A stretch of 64,000 nt of DNA. It comes from Paraspadella gotoi (lineage: Eukaryota; Animalia; Chaetognatha). The stretch lies in contig CM119270.1 in NCBI GenBank assembly GCA_051294375.1, positions 9,864,016 through 9,928,015 of the forward strand, in the 5' to 3' direction. Of this stretch, positions 20,401 through 31,986 are shown piece after piece. Position 1 is the stretch's first letter. Each line of letters begins with the position of its first letter. The translations under genes were made by a program, and so were the position numbers. The notes beneath the pieces are model-generated. The model did not search any database, was not told the DNA's origin, and saw nothing but the letters and a program-made list of their open reading frames with translations.

Positions 20401-21809
20401 TATGTGCGATCGGGGCTGTGTCGTTCGCAGTGGTCCTCGCGTTGATCGTCGCGGCATTTGTAGCGTCGTTCAGGTTGGTTGGGTCGGCTGCCTCTTTCAA
20501 GCTCCTGCTTTAACTCCCTCATCATTTCATTTATATTATTCATCTCCTGCAGCATGGAGCCCTGGTAGAAAGCGGTGGCGCTGCTGCTTGGATCCTTGTT
20601 GGTTTGGCCTTTTTGTACAAAGGCATTTACCAACTTTTCCCTGTCGTCCTCTGAGACAGTTTTTACAGTTTTTCGGACGGCGCCGTCGCTGGTCTTTTTC
20701 AGGTATCCGCGGAGCTTATATTCGATTGCTTTCCCCAATCGACGTGTTTCGCCTTTTTCGAGCAAGGTCGTCCACTCCAGGGTCTCGGAGGTGATGCCGG
20801 GTACGTACGGTTCCAAGGCTTCGACGAGCATCTGGGCAACGTAGTCCGGGATGGAGGCCCTGTCTTTTTNNNNNNNNNNNTCAAAGTTCTCTTTGGCCGC
20901 GTTGATGAGGGCTAGGCCATATTTGGCGTGGACGTGAGGGTCGACCTCAATCTTGGCTTCGGCGAGTGCTTCGGCAATGCTGACTGATGACCCCTCGCAT
21001 AACGCCCGGAGTCCCAGCCACATTGACTGATTTATAGGTTCAATGAACCTACTAGCGATTTTGTCGCGGGCGAGGAGGGCGCGTAGCTGCTGATCAACTT
21101 TGTCGGCCGCTGGAGAATCCTTGAATGCCTCGTAGAAGCTGCGCAAGAAGTCTACGGGTGATTCGTCATCCCGCCGCTTCTCGAGTTTGATGGGGTGTTC
21201 GCTGGGCATGTAAGGAGGGTTGCTTCGGCCACTTTCAGAGGGGACATCCTCCGGGAGCGGACAGCAACCTTTTTCAATTGGCTGTCCAGCATAGGGATCT
21301 CGGGGTTGTTGTTGTTTGGACAAGATGAGGTTTGGGTTGTGGTAGAGTGACGGGGGTGGGGGCGGAGAGTTTTGGGCGATCCCCACCAACCGGGCATCAA
21401 TGTCGCGATTTTTGCATTTTTCCCGGTATTCACGATCCTCCTTCATCATGTTGCGGGTTTCCATCATCATGTCCTTCATCATTTGGTGCAGTTCCCCTAG
21501 TTTGGATCCGAGTTGCACTTCGGTCTCGTCGAGGCGTTGGTTGATTTTAGCCTCGTTTTCGCTGAGCCGTTGATTTACTTGTTGGTAGTTTTTCTGTTGT
21601 TTTAAATTGTTGTCGTTCATTAGTTTTAAAATTTGACGGATGCATTCTGCTTGTTTGTTTTCTTCTAGGCATTGTTTCCGCAAGGCCCCTGAGACTTCGA
21701 AGGTTTGGAAGTCCAGGTTACGGTCAATGCTACCGTCTTCGCTTTCGGTAGTGCTTCCGGGCGCTGGTGGCGCTGCCGGCGCCGCCTTTCTCCTGACGGC
21801 AAAGTCCAT
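17496..21809 (-). CDS. Gypsy gag-protease-RT polyprotein (N gaps; frameshifted at end)
   Basis: LYDTGASVNTI protease; WRLICDLSSVN, VDILACFHQV, LPMGGVNS, VYVDDLIL, ILGFSIS, LNYYRCF RT motifs. Confidence 0.9.
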   Translation of the reverse strand: MDFAVRRKAAPAAPPAPGSTTESEDGSIDRNLDFQTFEVSGALRKQCLEENKQAECIRQILKLMNDNNLKQQKNYQQVNQRLSENEAKINQRLDETEVQLGSKLGELHQMMKDMMMETRNMMKEDREYREKCKNRDIDARLVGIAQNSPPPPPSLYHNPNLILSKQQQPRDPYAGQPIEKGCCPLPEDVPSESGRSNPPYMPSEHPIKLEKRRDDESPVDFLRSFYEAFKDSPAADKVDQQLRALLARDKIASRFIEPINQSMWLGLRALCEGSSVSIAEALAEAKIEVDPHVHAKYGLALINAAKENFXXXXXKDRASIPDYVAQMLVEALEPYVPGITSETLEWTTLLEKGETRRLGKAIEYKLRGYLKKTSDGAVRKTVKTVSEDDREKLVNAFVQKGQTNKDPSSSATAFYQGSMLQEMNNINEMMRELKQELERGSRPNQPERRYKCRDDQREDHCERHSPDRTYERKAGNRPRDRKNEKWPNWRDDKRENKGPGFGRRRDLVDLAKNLKTESADEFDNKNSYFYTRVINKPNKVKRDVQQAKLKNNYQSLGEKVMKVETIGISSSDRQKTKALAETAHQLRGKSTASRMHKLLRPLSAKEIALTNKFLHNLGWRDWTKVDAGEKKARITRSRACAKLARRAGRSKDKDPKITMPTAQNSPXXXXITETPPPAHQPVMIKPKNRPNPDRRGERSNLRKLQPTGDKGNPTYKIIAGEQSGESLHEATIRRVELECHQPEYFLQPATKPDTTKDEKVMPPLPDRIVNIINGDQGPEPRDDTGKTCHSGKNSYIPAVIAGVPASCLYDTGASVNTIPRKFVNKWSLGNNIYHGPPLRLSTATGTITLTERIDLRVMFQKWVLKTVFYVSADEDDQDIIIGTAVTNPGPAEQLWVVQPSAQREDLQIASMMGKPITHLFRDKHDALKAARWLARGNLDEETVLPIHGERDVDGTVKLTSSRPYWKTLAGSRWIIESSNDNTAYIVDGDQLREGVEIDAKPGSWGYARPLITNEAKTDLGLVTEATAEPVQADVSGERPLLRKVRKDHIPATTIIHHKPSEEEIRAVEEARQNRRHKHDARGKEAFLKPFKDVDPSLQQKAHLVWEIVWEYRDVFGETINDCKEGFLNYRVDLGFTEEDLPKPKFANQGPVKKAALKRYLEVYEKAGIVSRTRNEAYSNAFLIKKPGHIAEGQDEMNDETFAKQWRLICDLSSVNNNISTYATEPQTITSILEQYKPHELQCSVDILACFHQVNLSERCKPVTTFAGAGHNWWMNKLPMGGVNSVNVLQAILDEIFQDLGTDVKSFLVYVDDLILTAKSPEDMAQRLRDLLQRCRDENVVLKWTKSVLLRKEDIKILGFSISKSKLMPQKGKLEAVEVKLKSLKTQKELRAMLASLNYYRCFTHRFSYIAQPLHASPSLTRKTLNLPINMSPCCKLS

Positions 21810-21873
21810 CTTGACTGTCGGCGTGGTCGTGGTGGTAAGGGCTTGTCTCTTCTTATTGGAGTCGTGGTTTGTG

Positions 21874-21894
21874 TCGAATCCACTCCTGTCACCA
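21874..21894 (-). promoter_or_regulatory. Primer binding site, tRNA-Leu
   Basis: TGGTGACAGGAGTGGATTCGA resembles the complement of a eukaryotic tRNA-Leu 3' end (TGGTGTCAGGAGTGGGATTCGA), 65 nt upstream of the gag ATG. Confidence 0.8.
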
Positions 21895-22231
21895 CATTTA
21901 AGTAGTAGACAGGGATTTCAAACATGAAACCAAAGTGGATATTTATTTCACTAAGAACAAGCGCAAGACGGTGTCAGATTTGAGACAGAGTGAATCAAAG
22001 CAGAAACAGAGACTATTTATAAAGGGTAAGCAGACGAAGCCAGATTCTCTTCCGGAATCCTCCTCTTCCTCTTCTGGAACCTTCTTTTCCTCTTCCGGAA
22101 AGTATTGTTCCTTTTCTGGATTTGGCTTCCAATCCCATTCAAAATCATTCCAGAATCTTCTTCCTCTTCCGGAATCCTCTTCCTTAATCCTTTTCTCTGT
22201 TTCCGGTTTCTATTCATCTGTGATGGAGTAT
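21895..22231 (-). repeat. 5' LTR of Gypsy element
   Basis: TATAAATA and AATAAA on minus strand, directly followed by the PBS; both ends resemble 50413-50679. Confidence 0.7.
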
Positions 22232-22663
22232 ACGGTGTGAGAGATAAATGTTGCATAATAGGTCTAAGGTTATCATCAGAATGACCACAACAATTGCGAT
22301 TTTCGTCGCCAATGACTCACTTGGGAAAAACAGCATCTCTTGCTGGATGAATGGACTCCTTCTGCAGGAACACAAACGCGTCGTCCAGAGGGAGAACGGG
22401 TAAGGAAGTAGGCGGGCAAGGGAAAATAGACGGGAAAGTGGGAAGAAACGGAAAAGTGGAGGACGGAAAAAACGAGATGGTAGGAGAAGGCCTGGGTAAG
22501 GAAAAAGGAACTGAAGTCATGGGCAGATGCCCGATGGAAAGAGCACGTCTCCCGATGCAACGGATGTCGACGAAGTCGTCGTTGGTCGGGTGATGACGAT
22601 GCTATCCCTTGAAGAGACGACCGGCGCCGTTGACGTCACCGGAATGGGCGATCGAGGACGATC

Positions 22664-23119
22664 CTATTGAGAAAAAGCATCAGACATATCAATATCATGA
22701 TTCTCCAGGATATCACTCATCGTCTTGTCCATTACGTCACCCATTACCCAGTCATGGGTAGTTTTACACACTAACTTTATCTTCTGCCGGACTTCAGATT
22801 TCACTTTAACCAAATCCTCTCTTAAAGAAGCGATCATATCAACTCTGTCTTCCATCAACTTTTCCATTCTTTCTCTCTCTCTCTCTTTAGTCTTTCTCTC
22901 CACAAACATCTCTCTCATGCTGTCTACCGCCTTTTTCAAGATTTGGGTGTACTCCTCCTCTGTGAGGTGATCGATGTCGATCCTTCTGCACGCCGCGCAT
23001 CGATTCCTCGTCCCTCTAGATCGAGGAACGACTCTCCTCAATTCGTCCGCTGTCTGAATTGTGATGGTTTCCCACTCGCCAATCTGGCGGTCCAGACCCG
23101 ACGGCTCCCCTGATGCCAT
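22664..23119 (-). CDS. 151 aa ORF with CxxC and coiled coil, unknown function, probably truncated
   Basis: Pyrimidine tract plus TTTTAG|TC-ATG (acceptor 23127-23122); an S/T/P-rich frame continues past the TAG; donor AA|GTGAGT at 22320. Confidence 0.55.
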   Translation of the reverse strand: MASGEPSGLDRQIGEWETITIQTADELRRVVPRSRGTRNRCAACRRIDIDHLTEEEYTQILKKAVDSMREMFVERKTKERERERMEKLMEDRVDMIASLREDLVKVKSEVRQKIKLVCKTTHDWVMGDVMDKTMSDILENHDIDMSDAFSQ

Positions 23120-26069
23120 GACTAAAATAAAATTCTCAAGAAAAGGTAAGGTAAGATCTGCGATAGACCTTGGAAGAAATATGAAATGGTAACGAATTAT
23201 CCTGATCTTAATTAATTATCCTTGCTTCATAAAAAAAACCAGAACAATCTCACTTCAAATTCGATGTCCTTTTGTTGAACCGCAAAGGCACGAAAAAAAT
23301 TGGAAAAGATTGACGCAAAGCGTAATTTGGGATTTTCTCTCTTTTAATTTGTAGAAATTTAGGTAGCGAAGAACGAGTAAATCCTTTGGAGGCAAAAAAC
23401 TTTATTCGTAACCAGCGCTGAACACCAAGTGGAGGACGGAATTTTTAGTGAAAAGAATTCGATACCAAAGTAAAATGAACGAGAATTTATTTCAGTATAA
23501 CATCGAAGGGAAAATGCGCGCGAGAATAAAATAACAATGACTTTTATATGAACTACTTTGTTTACCAAAGTAGGAATGTGAAAGGGAATGGAATTTTAGG
23601 CCGAGAAATATTATTGACATTTTTGCAATTTACAGAATTCTTTTCTCACGAACTTCACTGTTTGTTCATTGTTTGTTTCGTATTTCTGCACCATGTCGAC
23701 TTTGATCGGCATGGGGGCGCCTTTGGACGGAGTCTCACTTTGTTTCTTTTGCGTTGACGTCCGTTCATGGGCTGGCGGGGAGGTCCGTGGGAGGCTTGTC
23801 CGTGTGACGGAAAGTCGGCCCGTTCCAGCCTCTCTCGCTAACACAAGTATTAACAACTTTGACCTTATTTAAATCTCAATATTTTTTGCCTTTTTTTCCC
23901 TTTTTTGGTGTATTTTAATATTTTTATTTCGTTATCGTTGCGTCACCATTTCACGATGTTACGGTGGATAACGTTATATTTCATCATATTTCGTTACGCC
24001 CCCGTAATATTGCGTTATATTGACTCATCGATATTTAGTTTCCCAGCCATCGATTTTTTTTCGATGCATCGTCGATGCATCGTCGATGGCTAAGGTCAGC
24101 CACGCCCCTTTTTCTCACGCGTACGAATTTTTTCCCCAAATTTTCCCACGTGTGTGAATGCACGCAATATCCGGTTTCGCCTGCGTGCGACGACACTTCC
24201 GGTTCGCGGCCGACGCTCGAATCGTGGGGACGGTTACGGGTTAAAGCTGCGAATTTCGGAGGTTGCGTCGGGCGTAGAGGAACTTGGTGAGGCGGACATT
24301 TCTGAGTTAAAGCAGCGTGTGCTTACGTTTTTTTCTTAATTTAATATTTGATCTAAGCATTTTTTAACATTATTTTTTTTTTTTTTGCTTTAGTTAAATA
24401 TTTATTTTTTAGGTTTTTAGTTATTTTGTGTGTTTGGTTTTCGGTAGGCTAACCTCAACTTTCAATCGATCGTACGGCTTCGATTATCTCCGGGAAAAGT
24501 GTTTATTACCATCATGCCTTTTTCCCCAGATTTTCGTGACTTTACGCTCGGGGGAAATTTGCGATTTTCCTCCGCTGGGGAAAATTTCTCCCCAAGCATT
24601 ACAAATTAACTACGCGTAGTTCTCCCTTTGTATTTTTTGGGACTTTTCGAAAAATTTTTTCTTTTTGTACGAACAGGTTCGTTCCTCTCCGTTCGTGCGG
24701 GGGGTACGACCAATTTTTCGATATGAATAATTTAGTATTTTTTAGAAAAAATATTTTTTTAAAATACTTTGTTCGTTTTTTAGGAAAATCAATATTTTTT
24801 CAATTTATTTAGTATTTAGGTTACTAACCCATTAAATTTCAAAGTTTTCTTTTAGTTTCTTTCAGATTCGTTTCCGTAGGACGTTGAGAAAAAGGTGAAA
24901 ATTGAGCCAAGGTCAAGGCTTCTTGGTTAAGCGAGAGGAGGACAAAACAACCAACGCTCGCCAAAGCGTGTTCTTCCCGACCAGAACAAGACGGAAGAAC
25001 AAAACCACTCTTCGGAGCGGTGTTGCCAACCACCCCACTGCTTAGGAGCGCCCCGATCTGTCCACATTTTTTGTATTTATTTAGCTTTGTATTTTTTGAT
25101 AGCTCAAGAGAAGATGGCGACAATATAGAGTAGGTAAGAATAATATAGATTATCTCTCTTTGATAGTTTATATTATTCATAATTTGCCCCTAACGTTTTT
25201 CAGCTTTTATAAAATTTTTTGCTTCGACTTTCGAATGTCTCTAGACGGACGGAGCTTCGGGAGCCGACTCTAAAATATTACAAATATTTAGGCCTTCGGA
25301 GTGACGGTCTCCTCTGTTCACGACTGTCTCCCTGCACGCCGCTTAGGCGGGCGACTTTCCTTTACGTATAGCCGGTTCCATTCAGAATTGGTTTGGAAAA
25401 GTCGTCGGGAGCTCCGAACATTTTTCCTAAATCGGTAACGATGAGTTGTTTGTTTGACCTTCGCCTCCTTCTTGGCGTCGAACAACTTTACCGAAAACCC
25501 TTTAAGTACTACCCTATCGAACGTTTACGACGCGGTTCTCTGATGGCAAGTAAATCGTTTCGTATTCGTTTGGTATATTGTACGCCCACTTTTTTGTGTT
25601 TTTCTCCCTTTAAATAAGTTAGCAGGGTGCTGGGTAGGGAGCCAGCGACGAGAAGGTTTATCATATTATTGCTTTGCTTACTTTTTGGCAGGGTTCGAGG
25701 GTCTCGCCCCATCCGTAGTCTTATAGCTTAGCCTTGCCAAAATACTTGATCTCGTTGCTTCGGCATTCGGATGCTTAAAGTAAGGGAAAACCAATAAAAT
25801 AACTTCCTTCAGCGCATTTTAGATTGATTACATTTTTAGAGTAATAGATTATTAGGTTTTCGTATTTTCGGGTTTTGTTTAGGTATTGATTTCGTTTTTA
25901 GGTCTAGTCTAATATTTTTTATTTTGCCAACCTACTACGACATAAGGTAGATAAGGAATGTTAATTATTTTTGCTTTACAGTGTATTTCACAGTTTCATT
26001 TCAAGAAGAAGAAGATTTACAAGATTCGACGGCGAAGATATTAGTACAATTCGATTATGTTTCAATTTA

Positions 26070-26640
26070 CTATTTTTTCCCGTAGGAGTAGTCTAAGTTT
26101 TTTTTTGTGTCGTAGTACGGTTGTAGGTCTCTAATATTTTTTGGTAAGGAGTCGAATATACGCAGATCTTCAAAGATTCGGTCTTCCGTATTGGGGTCCT
26201 CATTGAGAATCGTAGAGGGATGCTTGAAGAATGCCTGTGACATGACTGAAGATATGCTTGACGGTTCTCTAATGCGGCCACCTCCGGTAAGGAAAATTTG
26301 GATATTTGAGATTGTGTTATTCGCCTCAGGTTGTTCGTGACCATGAAAGGCACCTTTTCGCCTCGCCATGTTCGTTAGAAGATCGAAGGGTTGATATCGT
26401 TCTTAGCCGGTCCGATATTAACTTTGAGATCCCTTTCGTTCCTGCGGGGGGCGGAAAGTTGCATTTCGGTAAGCGTGTATATCGCTTTACCAAGATCGAC
26501 AACCTTATTATTTTTTCTTTCACCTTTTCGATTCTTTTGAATTCGATTTGGTTCGGCGGTGCCGTATTATCCTTATAATTCGGGCTTCCATTAATATTCA
26601 CGCTTCTTTCCTTTAGTTGGCTACTTTCGAAAGTCGCGGG
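26070..26640 (-). pseudogene. Frameshifted ORF remnant, unknown
   Basis: Three overlapping frames join into protein-like text (KRIEKVKEK/NKVVDLGKAIYTLTEMQL...DINP/FDLLTNMARRKG...DLQPYYDTKK). Confidence 0.3.
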
Positions 26641-27907
26641 TGTAATATATGTCGAGCTCGGAGATTGGGGTCAGTTGCAACCGGTCTTCGCGTCTTCGAC
26701 CTAAGTGAAAAATATCGGGTTTAAAGTCGGCCACCGGGGTCAGTTATAACCGACTTTAGATTTCGATAAAGGCCAATATTGTTTTGCTTTATTTTAGTTA
26801 TTTGGTTAGTAATATGCCCGAAGTTAGTTTACCGAAATTCTATTTTTTGTTAGTCAGTTAGATGTTATTTAGCTCCCAATGTCTCATTCCCCCCTGCCTT
26901 GTGTCAATTTATTTCTAGGATCTTTTATTGTGTCATTTTTTCAGTTAGCGTTTTTGTTTTTTAGAGTCAGAATGAAGTCCAGTTTTTTAGCGTTTTCGTT
27001 TTTTAGTATTACGGTTGTTTAACGGGTGTACTGAAACACGCCGTTCGAGTCAGGATTTACCTTTTTATTTCGCAGTCAGGTTTGGTACGCTTCAGTAACC
27101 GTAACACGGCGCTTCGCAACTACTCCGGGCTGATGAGCGGTATCTTCGGCTGTACACGTGACCCGTTCGTACGAATCGAACTTCGAAGCCTGTTTTTTGA
27201 GTCAGACAAGAGAATTTGATTATTACGGCTTAATTGTATTTTTCCATCTCGTACAATTTTAATCATAATTCGTGTCTTTGTACTCACTGTTTCGTCTTCA
27301 AACATCATGACTTGAAGTACAACCGCGTGTGGAAGAGAGCTTGCGCCGGTCAGTTGTCGTCTGCCGCCGTTGCTCGTCTATCCGTTTTGTCGGCTTTTGA
27401 GGAAGTCGGTTCCTGTTTTAATGGAATCGCAAAGTTTTATTTTAGGCTTAGCAAGTAAGTCCTGGGCGCATTTTTTGCATACTCAGCTTTAAAATTTTTT
27501 CCTTCTCTACTTTCCACCCCCCTGCGACCGGTTATATTGATGATTATTTCTAGACATGCTCGGGTATCCCAGTATGCTTCTTTGGCATACCTGAGATAGC
27601 GGGGGGTGTTACGAAATCATAATCAATATATCTCGAGGAAATCCAAGCTTCTTTCTCCCCGATGCTCTTTTATTTCTATTTTACTAACGCAAGGAAATTC
27701 TATTTCTCCGGCGATCACAGCGACATCTCTAGTTTCGAATTTGTATCATAGTATATATACTTATTATACTTAAGTACAGTTCTCCGAGAGGCAACGCATG
27801 GCTGATTCTGATTGGTTCCCGCGATTTCGATAGATTTCAGGCTCGATTTCTATCGACGTGTAACCTCTCAGATCTTGTTCAGTCTTGCAATGCGTTTTTA
27901 CTACTTT

Positions 27908-30900
27908 TTAGATATGTCGCTCCGCGCTTAAAAAAAAATCCGATAGTAGAAACGAAGCGGATTCTGATAATTTTGGTTCCTTGCAATTTTTGCACCAGTA
28001 GTAGGCAGTAAATATTACAAAACCATGGATGATTTCTGAAACTGCAGATTTTGGGCTATCCAACGCCCCGGAACAAAGAAAATCCATAAAGGTCTTGACT
28101 AAAAAATACTGAAAATAAACACGGCGTTTAGTCTGAATTCTTTTTAATTTTTTGTTATTTTGCGGCATTTACTGTATAAGTCAAACAAAATATACAGCGG
28201 TCATGCATTGATTCCGATTCAGTTGGGTTTAGCCTAACTTTCAAGCACATAACAAAAAAAATAAATTGACGTCATAGTAAGAAATAATAGCAATTAATCC
28301 AATTTTTTTTCTCAAAATTTGTTGTATTTTTTGTTTTCTACTGTTTTTGCCAAACATGCCCTTTAAAATTATAAAAATAAAGATTAGCTAATGAAACTAC
28401 AATGTCTTAGGTACATTTCGTTGCCGGAACAAAGAAAATTCATTGATATCATAGTATCAATATGGAGCCTTGAAATAACTCATTTTTTTGCAATTTACCC
28501 CTTTATTGATAAAAGCCTTGTATTATAATAAAAAAATAAAAACAACAATTTTACCATACAGCTACATGCATTAGTGTGTTATTAAAAGATTGTAGTGCTT
28601 TTTTTAATAAAAAAATGTTATATTAATATAGGTAATTGCATTATGCAAAGGTTTTAATTTGCACCTGAAGATGACAAAATTTAAAAATCTGATAATACAG
28701 TCTTTTAGCCCTATGTCAGTAGTTTTTAAATCAGCCGGAACAAAGTTTGAACTCCTATTTTTTCATATTTAAATCATATGTTTTTTAAGGTTCCTACATG
28801 AATTTTTAAATTTTTTTGTTTTCAACAAAAATGATAATTCATTATCCTTAGTAATTACATAAACATTTGAAGTATAGAAAATTTTTGTTTATATCAGAAA
28901 CAATAATTCAATCTTTTCTCTTTCAGAATCTATATTTATTTATTTTTTTAAATACGGCCAATTGTGTTTAATTTAATTTCAAAAGTTGTTATGCTTTGAC
29001 TAAGATTCCGATCCAGATTTAAAAAAAATCCTTGGAAACATTTGAAAAAAATTAAATGGAAAAGATGCCCCATAATTATGGCTTTAATATGATACCAGTC
29101 TCATCGTTCTATCATTTTTGGTTCAAAAGATATTTAAAAAAATCAATTTTTTATCACCAAGTAAGTCACTCGGCCGAAGCTAAAAATTTAAGTGGAACCA
29201 AAAAGAAAATTTAACGAACGCAGATTTGTTTTAAAATGGGCGTGGAAAATGACCATTTTTTGTAGATTATTTTTCAACGCGTGGGTTGATTGATTTGAAA
29301 TATTACATCAACAATATTGACATCATTTCCTATAGTAAATGTAAAAATATTTAAAATAACATTATAAACGACCAAGTAACTTGCCTATCTATACTTTCTT
29401 AGAACCAAATTCCTAAACTCGATCCCAAACCTTTTTTCATAATCTTTTTATATTTTTGGATAGAGAATGACTGGAATAATGTAAATCTTAAGTTACGTCT
29501 AAATTGGCCCATGGTTTAGAAAAAATCGACCAAAAACAAACAAAATTCCTCTCCCTTTTTTCAACATTTTCCCCTTTTAAGATTTTCGCCGATTCTGACT
29601 TCCTCTTACAACTTTAATTCCGCTAGTTAATTTTTTTTTCGAACAAAAGGAATCCATAACTTTCTATTATTTTATAATTTCTGGGTAAAAAAATATAATG
29701 AATTACATTAACATTGGGATATTATGAAAGTATAATGTTTGTGAAGCCTGTGAGAGTTAAATAATTAAAAAATTCGCCTATTTTATTATTGAAAAATGAC
29801 AGTAAAGTGAACAAGTTGAATGTATTCCGGCTCATTTCAGTAAACATCCCTGTTGTCTCGCATAAAATAATGTTTACCTTTTTGCTGGTGGAAAAGAAAG
29901 ATAAATACTTAGGCTGTGATGGGTGAATAATATTTTGTAGATTTTGTAAACATGCTTTGTAATATCAGACAAGCAAATATTTAAGTTAAATAAAAATTAA
30001 TTTTTTTATCCAAAAAACTTTAAAGTTTTACTAGAGTACAATTTAGCCTTTTTCCTTTCAGAATCACTAAAAAGAATTTAATTTTCATTTATTTTTATGG
30101 GGTTTCATTAGTTTTAAAATGCATTATAATTTTGACTTAGTTTGACACTCACCCTGTAAAGAGGTTTCAGCAAAAATAATTCTAATATTGTAACTTGTAT
30201 GTGCCCAATGATTATGGCTTCATTTTGGTACTATTGCCATCCCTGTATCTTTGTTCCTTCAAAAGATATCAGGGAAAAATCAGTTTTTTTCTCTCAACCT
30301 TCCTTTTAATTTCTTATTAAATAAAAATTTCATGTTGTCAAACCAGACCAATGGACTTTACCACGTTGGTTTAATATGAAGAGTTTGGTCAATAATGAAA
30401 AGAAAAATTTGGCAAGCTCTTGAGACAAGAGGCTTTCTAAATCTCATAATTCGAAGTAATATTTATAATGTTAACATACCCTAGCCCAGTTTACAATTTT
30501 CGAAAATCAAAATTTCCCGTTCATTTCTATAGTAAAAACAAGGCTTGAAAATTCTCCAGAGATGACTAGTGCATTTCCCCTGGCTTGTTTATATTAAATC
30601 TTTTATCAAATGGCCATAAGACGAATTTGGCTAGCTCTTAAGATATATATATATAAGTTTTTACAACTGTTTTTTATCCGAATTTCTGGCAATCTCGTTT
30701 GCAATTTGGGTAGTCAGATTTTAACGGAAATCTCTATTAGAAAAATGTTGAATTTTTTTTTAAGGGAGATTCTCGTCTACTTTTCTAAAGATAATTAAAA
30801 TCGCTTTTTAGATATCTCGGAAACTTCTTTTTTCTAAAGAAACTAGTGATCGCTGGATTGGTGGACTTTCCTTGTGATAGAGGCAACCATTCTACAAATT

Positions 30901-30948
30901 TGGCTTCAGAAACAAGTAAGATAGATTCTTTAAACTTTATATATATAT
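27908..30948 (-). mobile_element. Non-autonomous Helitron-like element, ~3 kb
   Basis: AT-rich, no ORF, no TIR or TSD, inserted in a T run. Minus strand starts TATATATATAAAG and ends GCGCGGAGCGACATATCTAA (CTRR). 27908-29391 has an inverted copy at 48759-50240. Confidence 0.65.
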
Positions 30949-31986
30949 TTGCTGAGTGTGTATTAAATGTTTTGTTATTCCTTGCCCAGGACTTCTAACA
31001 TCATCTCATCAACTTTAGATAGAAGTGCTGGGCTTCGACTTTGTCGTCAGTACCTCATATTGAGCGTCAGACCGGCGCCATCGTCTCGTCCGCGCCATCT
31101 TACTCGAATTCCTCTCGTTTTGATAGCGCAGGATCAGCTCAGTCAGTTAGTTGTCAAAGACAGCCACCTCTACGAACTTAGTTCAATACAACTAATAAAT
31201 GTTTTAATTAATTAATTAATTAATTAATTAATGTGAAAAAATGATGCAAGTTAAAAAAATCTTAAAAGCATAAAGATCGTCGCAATTGCATAAAAAGAGA
31301 GAGAGAGAGAGAGAGAGTGAGAGAGAGAGAGAGAAGGAGACATAAAATAAAATAGAGGATATTTGTTTGTTTTGATAAAATATAAACAAAACATATTTAA
31401 TAACTGTCCTAACCCAATTTTAAGGACATCGATGATGATAAGTTAAATATAAATTTAAAATTAATTATTACATTTTAAAATTAATTAATTAATTAATCGA
31501 TTAATTAATTAATTAATTATTGTAGGCAGATCCGACATTGTTTGCTCAAACTTGTTAAAATTTGTTTAGCTACTTGGCTTTATTTCGCAAACTAATTAAA
31601 TTATAAATTTTCTCAGTCCGTTTTTTCGTATTTTCTTGCGACAGAATATATCAATATAAACACTTAAACAGCATGTATTAAGCTCAACTTTTCATTCAAT
31701 AAAGTTCATTTTATAAGGCGCAAGCGTTCAAGTTCAAAAAATCTATAATACAGATCGGTATAAAACTCAGAAAGTTTAACACACAAATTAGGGGAAAAAT
31801 GTTTAAAACGTGGAGATTACTCATAATAATAAAAACAGAACATAAGATCAGAACAAAAGAGAAAAATAAACGTTAATTTTTTTTTTTTTTTTTGAAAGTG
31901 CACTTTAAGATTTGCAGCAACAGAGATGCAAACAAGTAATTATCAAAATAACTATCAACTAATTTGAAAGCAACAACAACACGCCC

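Larger units (their letters stand above)
14800..22231 (-). mobile_element. Ty3/Gypsy LTR retrotransposon, degraded, 3' end replaced by BEL element
   Basis: 5' LTR plus tRNA-Leu PBS, then gag-PR-RT-RH-IN order; frameshifts near 17.3-17.6 kb and 14.95 kb; two N gaps; no 3' LTR. Confidence 0.92.
22232..31190 (+). mobile_element. 3' portion of a third LTR element (long 3' region, PPT, interrupted 3' LTR)
   Basis: GAGATAGCGGGGGG|TGTTACG at 27593-27613 resembles PPT plus LTR start; LTR-like sequence 27607-27907 resumes ~30949 and ends AATACA at 31190. No second LTR or pol in window. Confidence 0.5.

Noticed and set aside
7124-21927. Many plus-strand ORFs over gag and pol (e.g. 13171-13815, 15730-16428)
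   Set aside because: Antisense shadows of the coding strand with S/F/L-biased composition.
22017-22256. 79-aa basic ORF upstream of Gypsy gag
   Set aside because: Lies within the purine-rich internal repeats of the Gypsy LTR.
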